Of a stretch of DNA of 64,000 nt, positions 1 through 10,995 are shown piece after piece. This DNA is from Malacoraja senta (Eukaryota), in the NCBI GenBank assembly GCA_038087875.1, contig CM075999.1, positions 1,118,001-1,182,000 on the forward strand, in the 5' to 3' direction. Position 1 is the first letter of the stretch; each line of letters begins with the position of its first letter. The translations under genes and the position numbers were made by a program. The notes under the pieces are model-generated. The model had not been told where the DNA came from and did no database searches. It worked only from the letters and a program-made list of their open reading frames with translations.

Positions 1-72
1 CTCAGCGGGTGCAGCAGCATCTATGGAGCGAAGGAAACAGGCAACGTTTCGGGCCGAAACCCTTCTTCAGAC
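1..72 (-). mobile_element. Penelope-like terminal repeat fragment with hammerhead core
   Basis: Reverse complement reads AGT-CTGAAGA-A-GGG-TTTCGG-CCC-GAAAC-GTT, the same unit that follows the GIY-YIG ORF at 31741. Confidence 0.7.
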
Positions 73-84
73 TAATCAGAATGG

Positions 85-330
85 ATTAGTTTAGTTTAGA
101 GATACAGCGCGGACACAGGCCTTTTGGCCCACCGAGTCCACACCGACCAGCGATCCCCGCACATTAACACTATCCTACACACACTAGGGACAATTACGTC
201 TTTGGAGTGTGGGAGGAAACCGAAGATCTGAGATAAAACCCACGCAGGTCAAGGAGAGAACATACAAACTCCATACAGACAAGAACCTGTAGTCAGGATC
301 GAACCCAGGTCTCTGGCGGTGCACGGCAGT
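85..330 (-). mobile_element. tRNA-derived SINE (HE1/V-SINE-like)
   Basis: (CTAAA)n tail, V-domain-like core and B-box GGTTCGATCC on the minus strand; more than 25 related copies in the window. Confidence 0.8.
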
Positions 331-1751
331 GCAGTGCCTTTAGAAAGACTGAAATTCAAGATAGATAATTTGGCGTCAATTAATATGATTTTAATTTTTA
401 TTAATACAAACATCTCTATCAATTAATGTAATCCGTCATTAAATTTATGCACCCCCTCTAACAATGCAATGTTGCTTTAAAATGAGTGCAATCTGGCCTT
501 AATTTGACATAATCTTACCTTCAAACTAATATAATTAGGCCTGTAAATTAATATAATGATGACTAAATTGAAATCTAAGTAGAACCAAAGTAGGGGAGAG
601 ATTGTCAAGTGAATCCAGTCTCAGACTTGGTTAGTGTGGTTGTGGAGCAGATCAGGATAATAGAAGACATAGCTGACAATTACATGGAATTGAGATGTTG
701 TTTTCGAGAGTTATCTTTCCCATGCAAGAAAAAGAACTGATTTAATGCCACTTATTCAGTTGCTGTGTTCAGTGAATGTATCGGAGGGATATTTGATTCA
801 GATTCCAGTCCAGTACTGTGAATTCTGCATTATCAGCAGTGCCATGCTGGTTTTTTTTATACTTGAAGGCAGTGAAGGCAGTTTCCCCTTGCACCTTGGT
901 CTAAATTCTTCTCCAAAACATCACCACCAATAACAGAAAATCAAAACATTGTAAACGTTGACAATCGGAAACCAAGACAGAAAACACGCGGGTCGGGACC
1001 CTGCTTCAGACTGAATTAATATAATGATGATTAAATTGAAGCTTAAATGGAACCTAAAGGGCCTGTCCCACTTAGGAGATTTTTCAGTGGACTGCCGGCA
1101 ACTGTCAAGTGATTGGAAACCTTAACCTCAAGGTTATTGGCCTGAATTGGAGTGCAACACAGATTCACCAGAATTATATCGGGACTGCAAGGGTTAAAAT
1201 TCGAAGGGGATGGACTAAATCTAAGGCCGTATTCCCAAGATTTTGAATCGCTCATAAATGATTTGATCAAAGCTTACATTGCACTAAAATAAATTCACAG
1301 GATAATTAGAGAGATTATTCCCGCTGGTTTCAACGTAGGATGGTATGGGGTGTGGGCTATGTCAGTGGTTGGTAGGGATGGAGTCAATAGTTTCAAAGAG
1401 GGGTGCAATAGCAAAGAAAAATAACTCGATCTGTCAGGAATAAAGATAGGAAATGCTTCCACATTTGAAGAGTGGCATAAAGTAGAAACATTCTTCCACA
1501 AATGGGAGCCTATACTCTGTCACTGGCTAATTTTAAATCTGAGATTTATAGACATCTGTTTGATAAAATATGAAGGGATATCGGGCAACGGTTTGAAAAT
1601 AGAGTTAAGGCATAGACAAGGCACACTCACATTAAAAGGTGGAATAGACTTGAGGGTCTAAGGCCAGAAATATCTCCTCCCTAGGTTTCTAAGGATGTAC
1701 AATGGGGCAAGTGGATTGGGCTGCAGCCAGCAAATCTGGGCATATGACATC

Positions 1752-1997
1752 TCATAGGAGAATGGAGTTAAGTACATGCAGCACGTAAACAGCTTGCCGT
1801 AGGACGGAGACAACCTGAGTCACAGATGCTGCACATCTGTCACGCCATTCCGTTTCAACTGGTGCACCTTGATCATCCAGGAGCTTTGCGGAGTTACGCA
1901 GGGGGAATTCACCTCCGCTTTTCTTCAGGCTCGGCAGACCTAGTGTGGAATCAGAATCCACAATCTCCATTCCCACGCGTGGAAATAAATCCCTGAT
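1752..1997 (-). CDS. Candidate terminal exon of an unidentified host gene
   Basis: Non-repetitive sequence after a strong acceptor CTTTCTCTTTCCATCTCCAG (AG at 1999-1998). Phase 0 is open to the stop at 1752 (IRDLFPRVGMEIVDSD...); phase 1 gives xQGFISTRGNGDCGF* (stop 1951). Confidence 0.4.
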   Translation of the reverse strand: MRDLFPRVGMEIVDSDSTLGLPSLKKSGGEFPLRNSAKLLDDQGAPVETEWRDRCAASVTQVVSVLRQAVYVLHVLNSILL

Positions 1998-2554
1998 CTG
2001 GAGATGGAAAGAGAAAGATGCGATCGTTTATTTAAAATATTGTTTAACTTAATTTAAATGTCATGAAATATTTGCTCACGTTAGAAAAATATATTAAACA
2101 TGATCGATTGGATCCGCTCGTACATTTCGAATCTATAAGGTGAAGGGAGTACGGTGCATGAGTATGCTTGGCTGGTCAAATCTAGTACAATTTAATCCAA
2201 ACCTAAAGTGCTGGAAGAACTCAGCTGGTCAGGTAAAATCTGTGGAGGAAATGGACAGATGATGTATCAGTTTCGGACTCTTCTTCAGTCTCAACTTGAA
2301 ACGTCGCCTGTGGATTTCCTCCGATTTTGTGTAACCTGCTAAGTTCCTCTAGCATTTTGTATTTTTCTTAAGATTCAACATCTGTAGTCCCTCAATCATC
2401 AGTCCCACCCGCACTGTCCAAGGGGAAGTTTTTAATAGTTTTTTTTCACCGAATTTCAAAATCCGGATTACAAAACATGGGGGGGATTGCCCCCACCTCT
2501 CAAAACATGGGGGGGGACGTGCCCCCCGTCCCACCCCCCGGAATTTCCACCCAT

Positions 2555-2930
2555 GCCCACCACCCCCCCCCCTCCTTCCCTCTCCTATGCCCCACCTGGA
2601 CTCCCATCTAATCCTCCCCCCTGTCCTCCCAATAGCCTCCCAATCCACAGATCTTCAAACCTATCTCACATATTCTGTTCTTATCTCTGGCATTTGCCTG
2701 TCAAACCCACCCATTCCCCCCCTCCCCTTGCCTGTGAAGACGTATTACTTGCCACGCTTTGTCCTGCATCTCCCTTTTCCGGCTTTCATCTCCCCCCCCC
2801 CAATGCAGTCTTGACCCAAAGCGTCACCTGTTCAGGTTCTACAGAGATGCTGAGTTACTCCGGCATTTTGTGTCCTTTTGTATATTAACCAGCATCTACA
2901 GTTCTTTGTTTCTACTATCCGCAGTTTCTT
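2555..2930 (+). mobile_element. Penelope-like 3' UTR/terminal repeat fragment
   Basis: C-rich UTR followed by GACCCAAAGCGTCACC...GAGTTACTCC...CCAGCATCT.CAGTTC, as in other copies. Confidence 0.55.
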
Positions 2931-3349
2931 GTTACTACAATCAGTTCCAGTCAGTCTTAGCAAGTTGTACCTAAGCAGCATTAACTACTTCAGACAAGCA
3001 CATGGAGAGTATGCAGCTGAGTAAGATTGCTCATAGCACATGGAATTATAGACCAGATGGGCCTGGCCTGTTCAGATGGACAAACTTGGAGGAAAAAAGA
3101 GGACGTCTTTGGCACTATACAACACATACAAAAAGACGTACATTGATTGATAACGTACAAATGTTGGAAAGTTTAGAAGAAGAGTCCCGCCCCAAACGTA
3201 CCCTATCCATGTTCTCCAGAGGTGTTGCCTGACCCACCATCACTTTATGTCTTTTCTCGTGAAGTTTTCCTTCTTTGCCAAGTTATTGTGTGCTCTGTGG
3301 GAAAATGCCAACACAGACCAGAGTTGTCACTGATCAATATCCCTTGATG

Positions 3350-3907
3350 TTTAGTTTAGTTTCATTTATTGTCACGTGTACCAAGGTACAGTGAAAAGCC
3401 TTGTTGCATGCTATGCAGTCAGCGGAAAGACAATACGTGATTACAATCGAGCCATTTACAGTGTACAGATACATGATAAGGGAATACTATTTAGTGCAAG
3501 GTAAAGCCAGCAAAGTCCGATCAAGGATAATCCGAGGGTTACCAAAGAGGTGGGGAATAGTTCAGCACTGCTCTCTGGTTGTGGTAGCATGATTAAGTTG
3601 CCTGATAACAGCTGGGAAGAAACTGTCCCTGAATCTGGAGGTGTGTGCGTTTTCATACTTCTATACCTTTCGCCCGATGGGAGAGGGGAGAAGAGGGAGC
3701 GGCCAGGGTGCGACTCATCCTTGATTATGCTGCTGGCCTTGCCGAGGCAGCGTGAGATATAAATGGAGTCAATGGAAGCGAAGATGGTTTGTGTGATGGT
3801 CTGGGCTGCGTCCACAATTCGCTGCAATTTCTTGCGGTCTGGGATGGAGCTGTTCCCAAACCAAGCCGTGATGCATCCCGTTAAAATGCTTTCCATGGCG
3901 CACCTGT
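3350..3907 (-). mobile_element. Rex1/Babar-like LINE 3' fragment
   Basis: ORF ESILTGCITAWFGNS..DRKKLQRIV..AQTI..IIKDESHPG..LPSGERYRS is the typical post-RT C-terminus; tail GTGACAATAAA-(CTAAA)n. Confidence 0.75.
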
Positions 3908-5293
3908 AGACGGGTTGTCAGAAAATGATAGGAAACCATAACCACAAGGATTAATGGCCGTAAATAGCACTTACATTTATAAGGAAACTGGTCAAGGGTG
4001 AAAAGAATAGAAGGTGAAGCTTGTGTCGTACCGAAACACCAGCTGAACCGAACAACCAATTTTTGTGCTGTGTGGTGATGCATTTTAAGTTGCATTCCTG
4101 TGAAATCTCAATATGAAATTAAAAGTGATGTATCATACTGACAGCCATGTAAAATCATTTCAGCCAAGGGTCCATAAAATGTGATGAAATATTAAATGCT
4201 CATATTTCCTGAGCATGCTAGTTATCACAGTGAAATCCCAATGGAAATCAGCCAGCCTGCTTTAAATTCACTTTGCTTATATTCACTGGGCATCTTGATG
4301 GGAGAAACTCTTTTGTCGGGAACTTTAAATTACGAGAACTAAATCTTCAAACAGCTCTCAAATGAAGGGACTGAAACTGAGAAATAAAACCACAGGGAGT
4401 GGAGGAAAAGAAAACAAGAAATAAAAGCCCAAACTGTTTGGTTGCAAAAATTAATAAGATGGTAACAGGAGACATAGGATTAAAATGTTCCGCTGAAGAA
4501 TTAAAGGGGAAGTTAAAAAAACACTGGTCATAAAATTTGATTGCACAGCTTTGCTTATTTCAGATCTATGCAATTAAACATAAATGTTTCCCAGAACGGA
4601 TGAAATAAGAAACTGTTTCTCGTTGTTTAGCTCACTGCACGAACACAGCTGGTAAAGCTGCTGCCACACAGCGTCAGAGATCCAGGTTGGATCTTCACCT
4701 TGGGTGCTCTCTGCGTGGAGTTTGCCCGTTCTCCCCGTGACCGCAGTGAAAGCGCACCAAATCAGTAGAGATAATGGTTAAAGAAAGAATGACCTTACGA
4801 ATGAGCAGCACCTTCTGCGTCTTCAGTCTGTGCAAGCCTGAGTCTATATTGTATCTTAACTTAGCTTAGTTTAGAGGTACAATGTTGAAACAGACCCTTC
4901 AGCCCACCGAGGGTCAACCACAAGGAGGTGTGGAGCCCACAATGGTCCATTGTTGACTGGGGAAGAGGTGATAACGACAGGATGCGGGGATACAAACAGT
5001 GGAACTTGTAGGACGACTAGGGTGGGGAGACGGAGAATGCAGGGATTCCTTCATACTGCTGAGTAGTAAGGTGCCCAAGTGAAGTGTCTCTGGTTCTTGC
5101 ATGGGAGCCAGCTAGCTCTTGTTTTTTGTACCTCCTCTAAAAATTAAGGGTGAAGCCCTTTCCTTTCATCTTCAATGTCTGCAAAATTCCTGTCAGATTC
5201 ACTGGTAGAACGACTACAGCACGATACATATCCCTTTTAAGCCGTCTAGACTGAGAAATGGTCATTCACGATGTTCAAATTGATTTTGCTATT

Positions 5294-5860
5294 GGTTTTA
5301 TTATTGTCGCATGTACCGAGATACAGTGTGTTATCCTGGCAAATCATACTAGACATAAATACAATTATATCATATCTCAGTAATAAAAGTAGTGTAAAGG
5401 AGAAAGGAAACAGAGTGCAGAATAGAGTGTTATAACTACAGAGGAAGTACAGATAAATAAAGTGCAAGGCGTGCAACAAGAGAGATTGGGAGTTCATTCT
5501 TAGCATAAGAGAGGCCTGTTCAAGAGTCTGATAACAGTGGGGAAGCAACTGTTCTTGATGTTGATGGTATATGCTTTCAAGCCTTTGAACCTCCTGCCTG
5601 ATAGGAAATGGGAGAAGAGAGAATGACCCTAGTGTACAGGTCTTTGATAATGTTGTCTGTCTGCTTTCCCAAGGCAGAGTAAAGTTACATGGAGTCAATG
5701 GGGGAGAGGTTGCGTGTATTTGACCTCTACTTCCCCAGAAGACTCAGGAAATGTGGAATGCCTTCCCTCTTATCTGACCCCACAGACACACTGCAGAAGG
5801 AATTCTTTCATGTTGTATCACAGCTTGGTATGGCAACTGCTCTGCCACAAACCACAAGAA
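5294..5860. mobile_element. Degenerate Rex1/Babar-like fragments (minus 5294-5710, plus 5715-5870)
   Basis: Similar to the 3350-3907 copy; tail GCGACAATAATAAA on the minus strand. Confidence 0.55.
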
Positions 5861-5872
5861 TTTGTAGAGAGT

Positions 5873-6140
5873 TGGGCGGCACGGTGGCGCAGCGGTAGAG
5901 TTGCTGCCTCACAGCGCCAGAGACCCAAGTTCGATCCTGACTTGGGATGCTGTCTGTATGGAGTTAGTACGTTCTCTCTCCGTGACCGCAAAAGTTTTCC
6001 CCAGGAGCTCCTGCTTCCTCCCACACTCCAAACACATACAAGTTCATTGGCTCTGGTAAAGATTGTAAATCGCCCCTAGTGTGCGTAGGATAGTGTCATT
6101 TGGCACGGACTCACTGTATCTCTAAAATAAACTAAACTAA
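5873..6140 (+). mobile_element. tRNA-derived SINE (HE1/V-SINE-like)
   Basis: GGGCGGCACGGTGGCGCAGCGG A-box, GTTCGATCC B-box, CTAAA tail. Confidence 0.85.
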
Positions 6141-6491
6141 TTGCATTTGCTATGTAAAACAAAAGCTACATCCTACAGGTTTTTTCATTCCTGCCACACT
6201 TGGAAGCATTGTCCCTTGAAACAAATCTGACCTTCAGAAATAAAAGATCACCAAACTGTTGAGCAGCTCTGGAATTTAAATGGGCGAGTGTTTCGAGCAA
6301 TTTGAAATTTGTAATGATCTACTTTCAGTAGGAGGTTGCTGAGTTATTACTGTGCATGTAAAGCATGCTGCAACCAGCATCTGGTTATCTTGTTCTTTTC
6401 CATTCAACCTCACTCACATGTGAAGAATATTAGAATGCAGTAACTGGTCCAGCAGCCCCGAAACACATCACAGCAACAGCATTAACCAGTA

Positions 6492-6545
6492 TGGGTGGGA
6501 GATTGCAACCTTCACGTGGTCCGCCCTGTTGCGACGAATGCAATC
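6492..6545 (+). ncRNA. Minimal HDV/CPEB3-like ribozyme (G1 position is T in this copy)
   Basis: P1 tGGGTGG/CCGCCCT, P2 GATTGCA/TGCAATC, P3 ACC/GGT, L3 TTCACGT, J4/2 CGAA. Confidence 0.7.
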
Positions 6546-6611
6546 AAATAAGATCAAATAGAACAAATTGTCCCACAACTTTAGGCTGTGCACGCCATAC
6601 GCAGGAAGAAG
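6492..6611 (+). mobile_element. Short retroposon with HDV-like ribozyme head and (GAA)n tail, copy 1
   Basis: Perfect 11-bp TSD ATTAACCAGTA (6481-6491, 6612-6622); homologous to the copies at 48119 and 61878; 18-nt internal deletion between CAATC microhomologies. Confidence 0.8.
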
Positions 6612-6622
6612 ATTAACCAGTA

Positions 6623-7117
6623 GATAGACACAAAACGCTGGAGTAACTCAGCAGGACAGGCAGCATCTCTGGAGAGAAGGAACGGGTGACGTTTCTGGTC
6701 AAGACCCTTCTTCAGACTGATCTCGTCGGAGAGAGATCTTCAAAGTTGCCATACAATGAGGACATTTCGCAGTAGAGCAGACAAAATGTGTAGGAAGGAA
6801 CTGCAGATGCTGGTTTAAACCGAAGATAGACACAAAATGCTGGAGTAACTCAGCGGGACAGGCAGAATGAACTAGGGTCTTGACCAGAAACGTCACCCAT
6901 TCCTTCACTCCAGAGATGCTGCCTGTCCCGCTGAGTTACTCCAGCATATTGTGTCTATCATTAACAGTAGATAGACACAAAAAGCTGGAATAAGGGTCTC
7001 AGCCCATAGCGTCACCTATTCCTTTTCTCATTAGATGCTGTCTGACCCGCTGTGTTACTCCAGCTTCTTGTGTCTTATCTTTGGTTTAAACCAGCACCTG
7101 CAGTTCCTTCCTACACA
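6623..7117. mobile_element. Cluster of Penelope-like terminal repeats in tandem and inverted orientation
   Basis: Repeated GATAGACACAAAA-GCTGGAGTAACTCAGC units on both strands. Confidence 0.65.
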
Positions 7118-7159
7118 TCCTTAAACAGTAGTTACCCCTTCTGGAAATACAGTTGTAAC

Positions 7160-7531
7160 ATATGATCCATGTACAAAATCATGAGAGGAATAGATCGGGT
7201 AAATGTTCCGAGTCACTTGCCCAGAGTAGGGGAATTGAGAATCAGAGGACATTGGTTTAAGGTGGGGGGGGGGGAGGAAGATTTAATAGGAACCTGAGGG
7301 TTCCTTTTACACAAAGGATGGTGGGAGTATGGAATGCACTTCTGGGGTAGGTAGTTAAGGCAGGTACCATCACAGGCATTTAAGAAACATTTGGGCAGGT
7401 ACTTGGATGGGACAGGTTTAGAGGGATATGGACCAAGCGCAAGCAGGTTGGAGTAGTGTAGATGGGTCATGTTGGTCGGTGTGGGCAAGTGAGGCTGAAG
7501 GGCCTGTTTCCAAGCTGCATGACTCTCTCTA
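7160..7531 (+). mobile_element. CR1-like LINE 3' end
   Basis: TACAAAATCATGAGAGGAATAGAT...GGGCCTGTTTCC..CTG.ATGACTCT tail. Confidence 0.7.
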
Positions 7532-7684
7532 TGAATGCCTAATATCTATTTTGACCAATATAATGAGTATATGAGTATAAAAAATCAGAAGAACAAAAAA
7601 CAAAATCTTTAAATTCAATAATGTTGTCGTGACCTGATGATATCCAAAAGCGCTTTGAGGTCAAATTACTAACATTGTGCCTTA

Positions 7685-9043
7685 ATAATAATAATAATAA
7701 TAGATTTTATTTATATAGTGCTTTTCAGGACTCAAAGTCGCTTTACAATTGAGAGTCAGGAATAAACAAAACAAAATAGAGCAGTAAGACAGAGGGGAGG
7801 GGAACATGGGACTAAGGGTTTGCAGAGGTGAAGAGATGGGTCTTGAGGCGGGACTGGAAGATGGTGAGGGACTCAGAATTTCGGACCGGTTGTGGGAGGG
7901 AATTCCAGAGCCTGGGAGCTGCCCTGGAGAAGGCTCTGCCTCCAAAAGTGCAGAGGTTTGATTTCGGAGTGGAGAGGAGACCAGCTGATGTGGATCTGAG
8001 GGACCGTGAGGGTTGGTAGGGGGAGAGGAGGTCAATGAGATAAGGGGGGGCCAGGTTGTTGAGGGCTTTGTAGGTGAGGACCAGGATTTTGTAGGTGATC
8101 CGGTGGGAAATGGGAAGCCAGTGAAGTTCTTTGAGAACTGGGGTGATGTGGTGCCAGGATTTGGTGTGGGTAATGAGTCGAGCAGCTGCATTTTGGACCA
8201 GTTGGAGTCGTTTGATGCTGCTGGAATTGATTCCGAAAAGAAGAGAGTTACAGTAGTCCAGTCGGGAGGAGATGAAGGCATGGATGAGTCTTTCAGCAGC
8301 GGGGGGTGTGAGAGAGGATCTGATTTTTGCAATGTTGCGGAGGTGAATAAATGATGTTTTGACAACATGGCAGATGTGAGGTTCAAGGGAGAGGGTTGAG
8401 TCAAGGATCATGCCAAGGTTGCGTGCCTGAGGAGATGGGGAGACAGTGGTGCCGTCGATAGTGAGAGTGGGGTTGTTAATTTTAGTGAGTGTTGATTTGG
8501 AGCCAATGAGGAGAAATTCTGTTTTGCTACTGTTTAATTTAAGGAAGTTGAGTTGCATCCAAGATTTGATGGCTGATAGGCAGGAGTTGATATGGGAGAG
8601 AGGGGGGTGGTGGGGGGACTTGGTGCTGAGATAGATCTGGGTGTCATCAGCATAGCAGTGGAAGTCCAGGTTGAAGTGACGGAGTATATGACCCAGGGGG
8701 AGGATGTAGATGATGAAGAGGAGGGGACCAAGAACAGAGCCTTGTGGAACGCCTTGAGTGACAGTGGCTGTGGCAGAGGTGTGGTTATGGAGAGAGATGA
8801 AGTGGGATCGGTTGGAAAGGTAAGAACGGAACCAGCTGAGTGCAGAACCTTCAATGCCAAGGTCCCTAAGTCTGGTGAGCAGGATGTTGTGGTTGACGGT
8901 ATCGAAGGCTGCACTCAGGTCGAGGAGGATGAGGATATTGAGGGAGCCAGTGTCAGCAGAGGTAAGGAGGTCATTGAGGACTTTGAGGAGAGCAGTTTCT
9001 GTGCTATGGAGGGGGCGAAAGCCAGATTGGAGGGGTTCGAATA
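7685..9043 (-). mobile_element. 5'-truncated L2-clade LINE
   Basis: Open RT ORF, 3' UTR ending TGTAAAGCGACTTTGAG...CACTATATAAATAAA and an (ATT)n tail; flanked by a 65-bp direct repeat. Confidence 0.9.
7812..9043 (-). pseudogene. L2 reverse transcriptase, C-terminal ~410 aa, uninterrupted
   Basis: QSGFRPLHSTETAL, LLDLSAAFDTV, GVPQGSVLGPLLF, YADDTQ, FISSRLDYCNS; the first ~33 aa of the tracked ORF come from flanking DNA. Confidence 0.9.
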
Positions 9044-9288
9044 GGTTATACGTGACAATGTTGTCGTGACCTGACGATATCCAAAAGCGCTTTGAGGTCA
9101 AATGACTAACATTGTGCCTTAGATCGCAAATTAATTGCTGCAATTGCTATTCACATCATTTTGCAAAAACCCTTTCCAGTTCTACATCTTCATTCAATCT
9201 CCTATGTACTTTCGAGAACATTTCTGTCCAAGGTCCAGCTCTTTGGAAGATGTTCCCGGAAGCACAAAGAAATCCGGGTAAAAACTCA

Positions 9289-9588
9289 GGTGGCACGGTA
9301 GCGCAGCGGTAGAGTTGCTGCCTTCCAGCGATTGTAGCACCAGAGTCCCAGGTTCAATCCCGACTACGGGTGCTGTCTGTACGGAGTTTGTATGTTCTCA
9401 CCGTGACCGCGTGGGGTTTCCCCCCGAGATCTTCGGTTTCCTCCCACACTAAAGGTTTTGTAGGTTAATTGGCTTGGTATGTGTAAATTGTCCCTAGTGT
9501 GTGTAGGATGGTGTTAATGTGCGGGGATCGCTGGTCAGTGCGGACTCGGTGGGCCTGTTTCCCTGCTGTATCTCTAAACTAAACTAAC
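9289..9588 (+). mobile_element. tRNA-derived SINE (HE1/V-SINE-like), full length
   Basis: A/B boxes, conserved core, CTAAA tail. Confidence 0.85.
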
Positions 9589-9877
9589 TTGTCCCACTAC
9601 ATCCACTGATACTAAATGGTTGTTATGCTTGGCTTCATTGCCATCCCACTTTCCAACAATGCTATATGCTGACAACAATGAGATGTGTCCATTATGTGAT
9701 TCAAATAAACTGATAAATGATACAAATGCAGTAAAAAAATTTGAATAAAATAAAACCTGTGATTGATTGACATCTATAACAGCTCAATTAGCATCTCAGT
9801 TGTTCTGTGTTTTTGATTTTATATAAAAATTGATAGTATTTTCATTTATTTTTTATCTTTGTCTCCACTTTACTGCA

Positions 9878-10410
9878 ACGGCTTCAGTTCGATCAGTAAC
9901 ACTGCAGTCTGTGAAGATAGACACAAAGTGCTGGAGTAACTCAGCAGGTCAGGCAGCATCTCTGGAGAAAAATGATAGGCGAATATTGCAATATTTAAGA
10001 AGCAATTAAACAGGTACATGGATAGGACAGGTTTCGAGGGATGTGGGACAAACGCAGGCAAGTGGGACTAGTGTGGATGGGACATGTTGGTTGGCGTGAG
10101 CAAGTTAGGCCAAAGGGCCTTTTTCCACACTGTATCACTCACTCTATGACTATCATTTTATGTGTCGCGACCTTTCTTCAGACTCTACTGCCTGACCCGC
10201 TGAGTTACTCCAGCACGTTGTGTCAATCTTTGGTATAAACTAGCAACTTTCTACACACTGCAGTCTCTGAATTAAGAGGCATTGGGTTCAAAGCAGCAAT
10301 CTAGGATCATCTGTATGATTGATGATAATGGTTCAAAAACAGTAATGAGGGTCTAGCGTTTTGATGTGCTGCCTTTGCAGGAGATATTGGGCCAGAATGT
10401 GCTGGTTGCT
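9878..10410 (+). mobile_element. Ancient DeuSINE-like (SacSINE1-like) relic split by a Penelope/CR1 insert (9911-10254)
   Basis: tRNA-like head ..CTCTGAATTAAGAGG..TGGGTTCAAAGC and Deu-like CAGTAATGAGGG...GTGCTGCCTTT; direct repeat ACACTGCAGTCT on both sides of the insert. Confidence 0.4.
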
Positions 10411-10584
10411 AGCTGCTAGTTCCGTAGAGAATTACCCCAGTCTTCAAGACATGCTTTTACAAGTTCCCGGCTCCCTGCCTGTGTAATGCAGGATGGAATA
10501 GAACGAGTGGAGGTCCAACATAGATGCATGTCCCCTTCTGCTACACCCCTTGACCTGGAGTCCAGGGGAGCTCCACAACTCATT

Positions 10585-10843
10585 GTGTAGGAAGGAACTG
10601 CAGATGCTGGTTTAAACCGAAGATAGACACAAAAAGCTGGAGTAACTCAGCGGGACAGGCAGCATCTGTGGAACGAAGGAATGGGGGATGTTTCGGGTCC
10701 AGACGCTTAAGGGTCTCAAGAAGGGTCTCGACCCTAAACGTCACCTATTCCTTCGCTCCATAGATGCTGCCTCACCCGCTGAGTTTCTCCAGCATTTTTG
10801 TCTACCTTTGATTTTTCCAGCATCTGCAGTTCTTTCTTAAACA
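10585..10843. mobile_element. Head-to-head inverted pair of Penelope-like terminal repeats
   Basis: GTAGGAAGGAACTGCAGATGCTGG... followed by the reverse-oriented unit ending CCAGCATCTGCAGTTC. Confidence 0.6.
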
Positions 10844-10995
10844 TTTGGTCTTAGTTTAGTTTAGTTTAGTTTGGTTCCATTTAGAGCTAAAGCATGGAAG
10901 CATGCTCTTTGGTCCACCGAGTCCACATCACCCAATTTTTTATGTTAACAGGTATTTATTTTAAAGGTTTAAAGGTTGATTCTTGCTTGCTTTAC

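Noticed and set aside
2487..2888. Proline-rich 133-aa ORF
   Set aside because: Derived from C-rich transposon-end and Penelope UTR sequence
4790..4850. Possible minus-strand exon with a GTAAGG donor
   Set aside because: No convincing acceptor and no recognisable peptide
5873..5945. tRNA gene
   Set aside because: tRNA-derived SINE head continuing into the SINE body; dozens of copies
7682..9044. Overlapping ORFs 7682-8404, 8534-8914 and 8592-9044
   Set aside because: Shadow frames of the L2 RT
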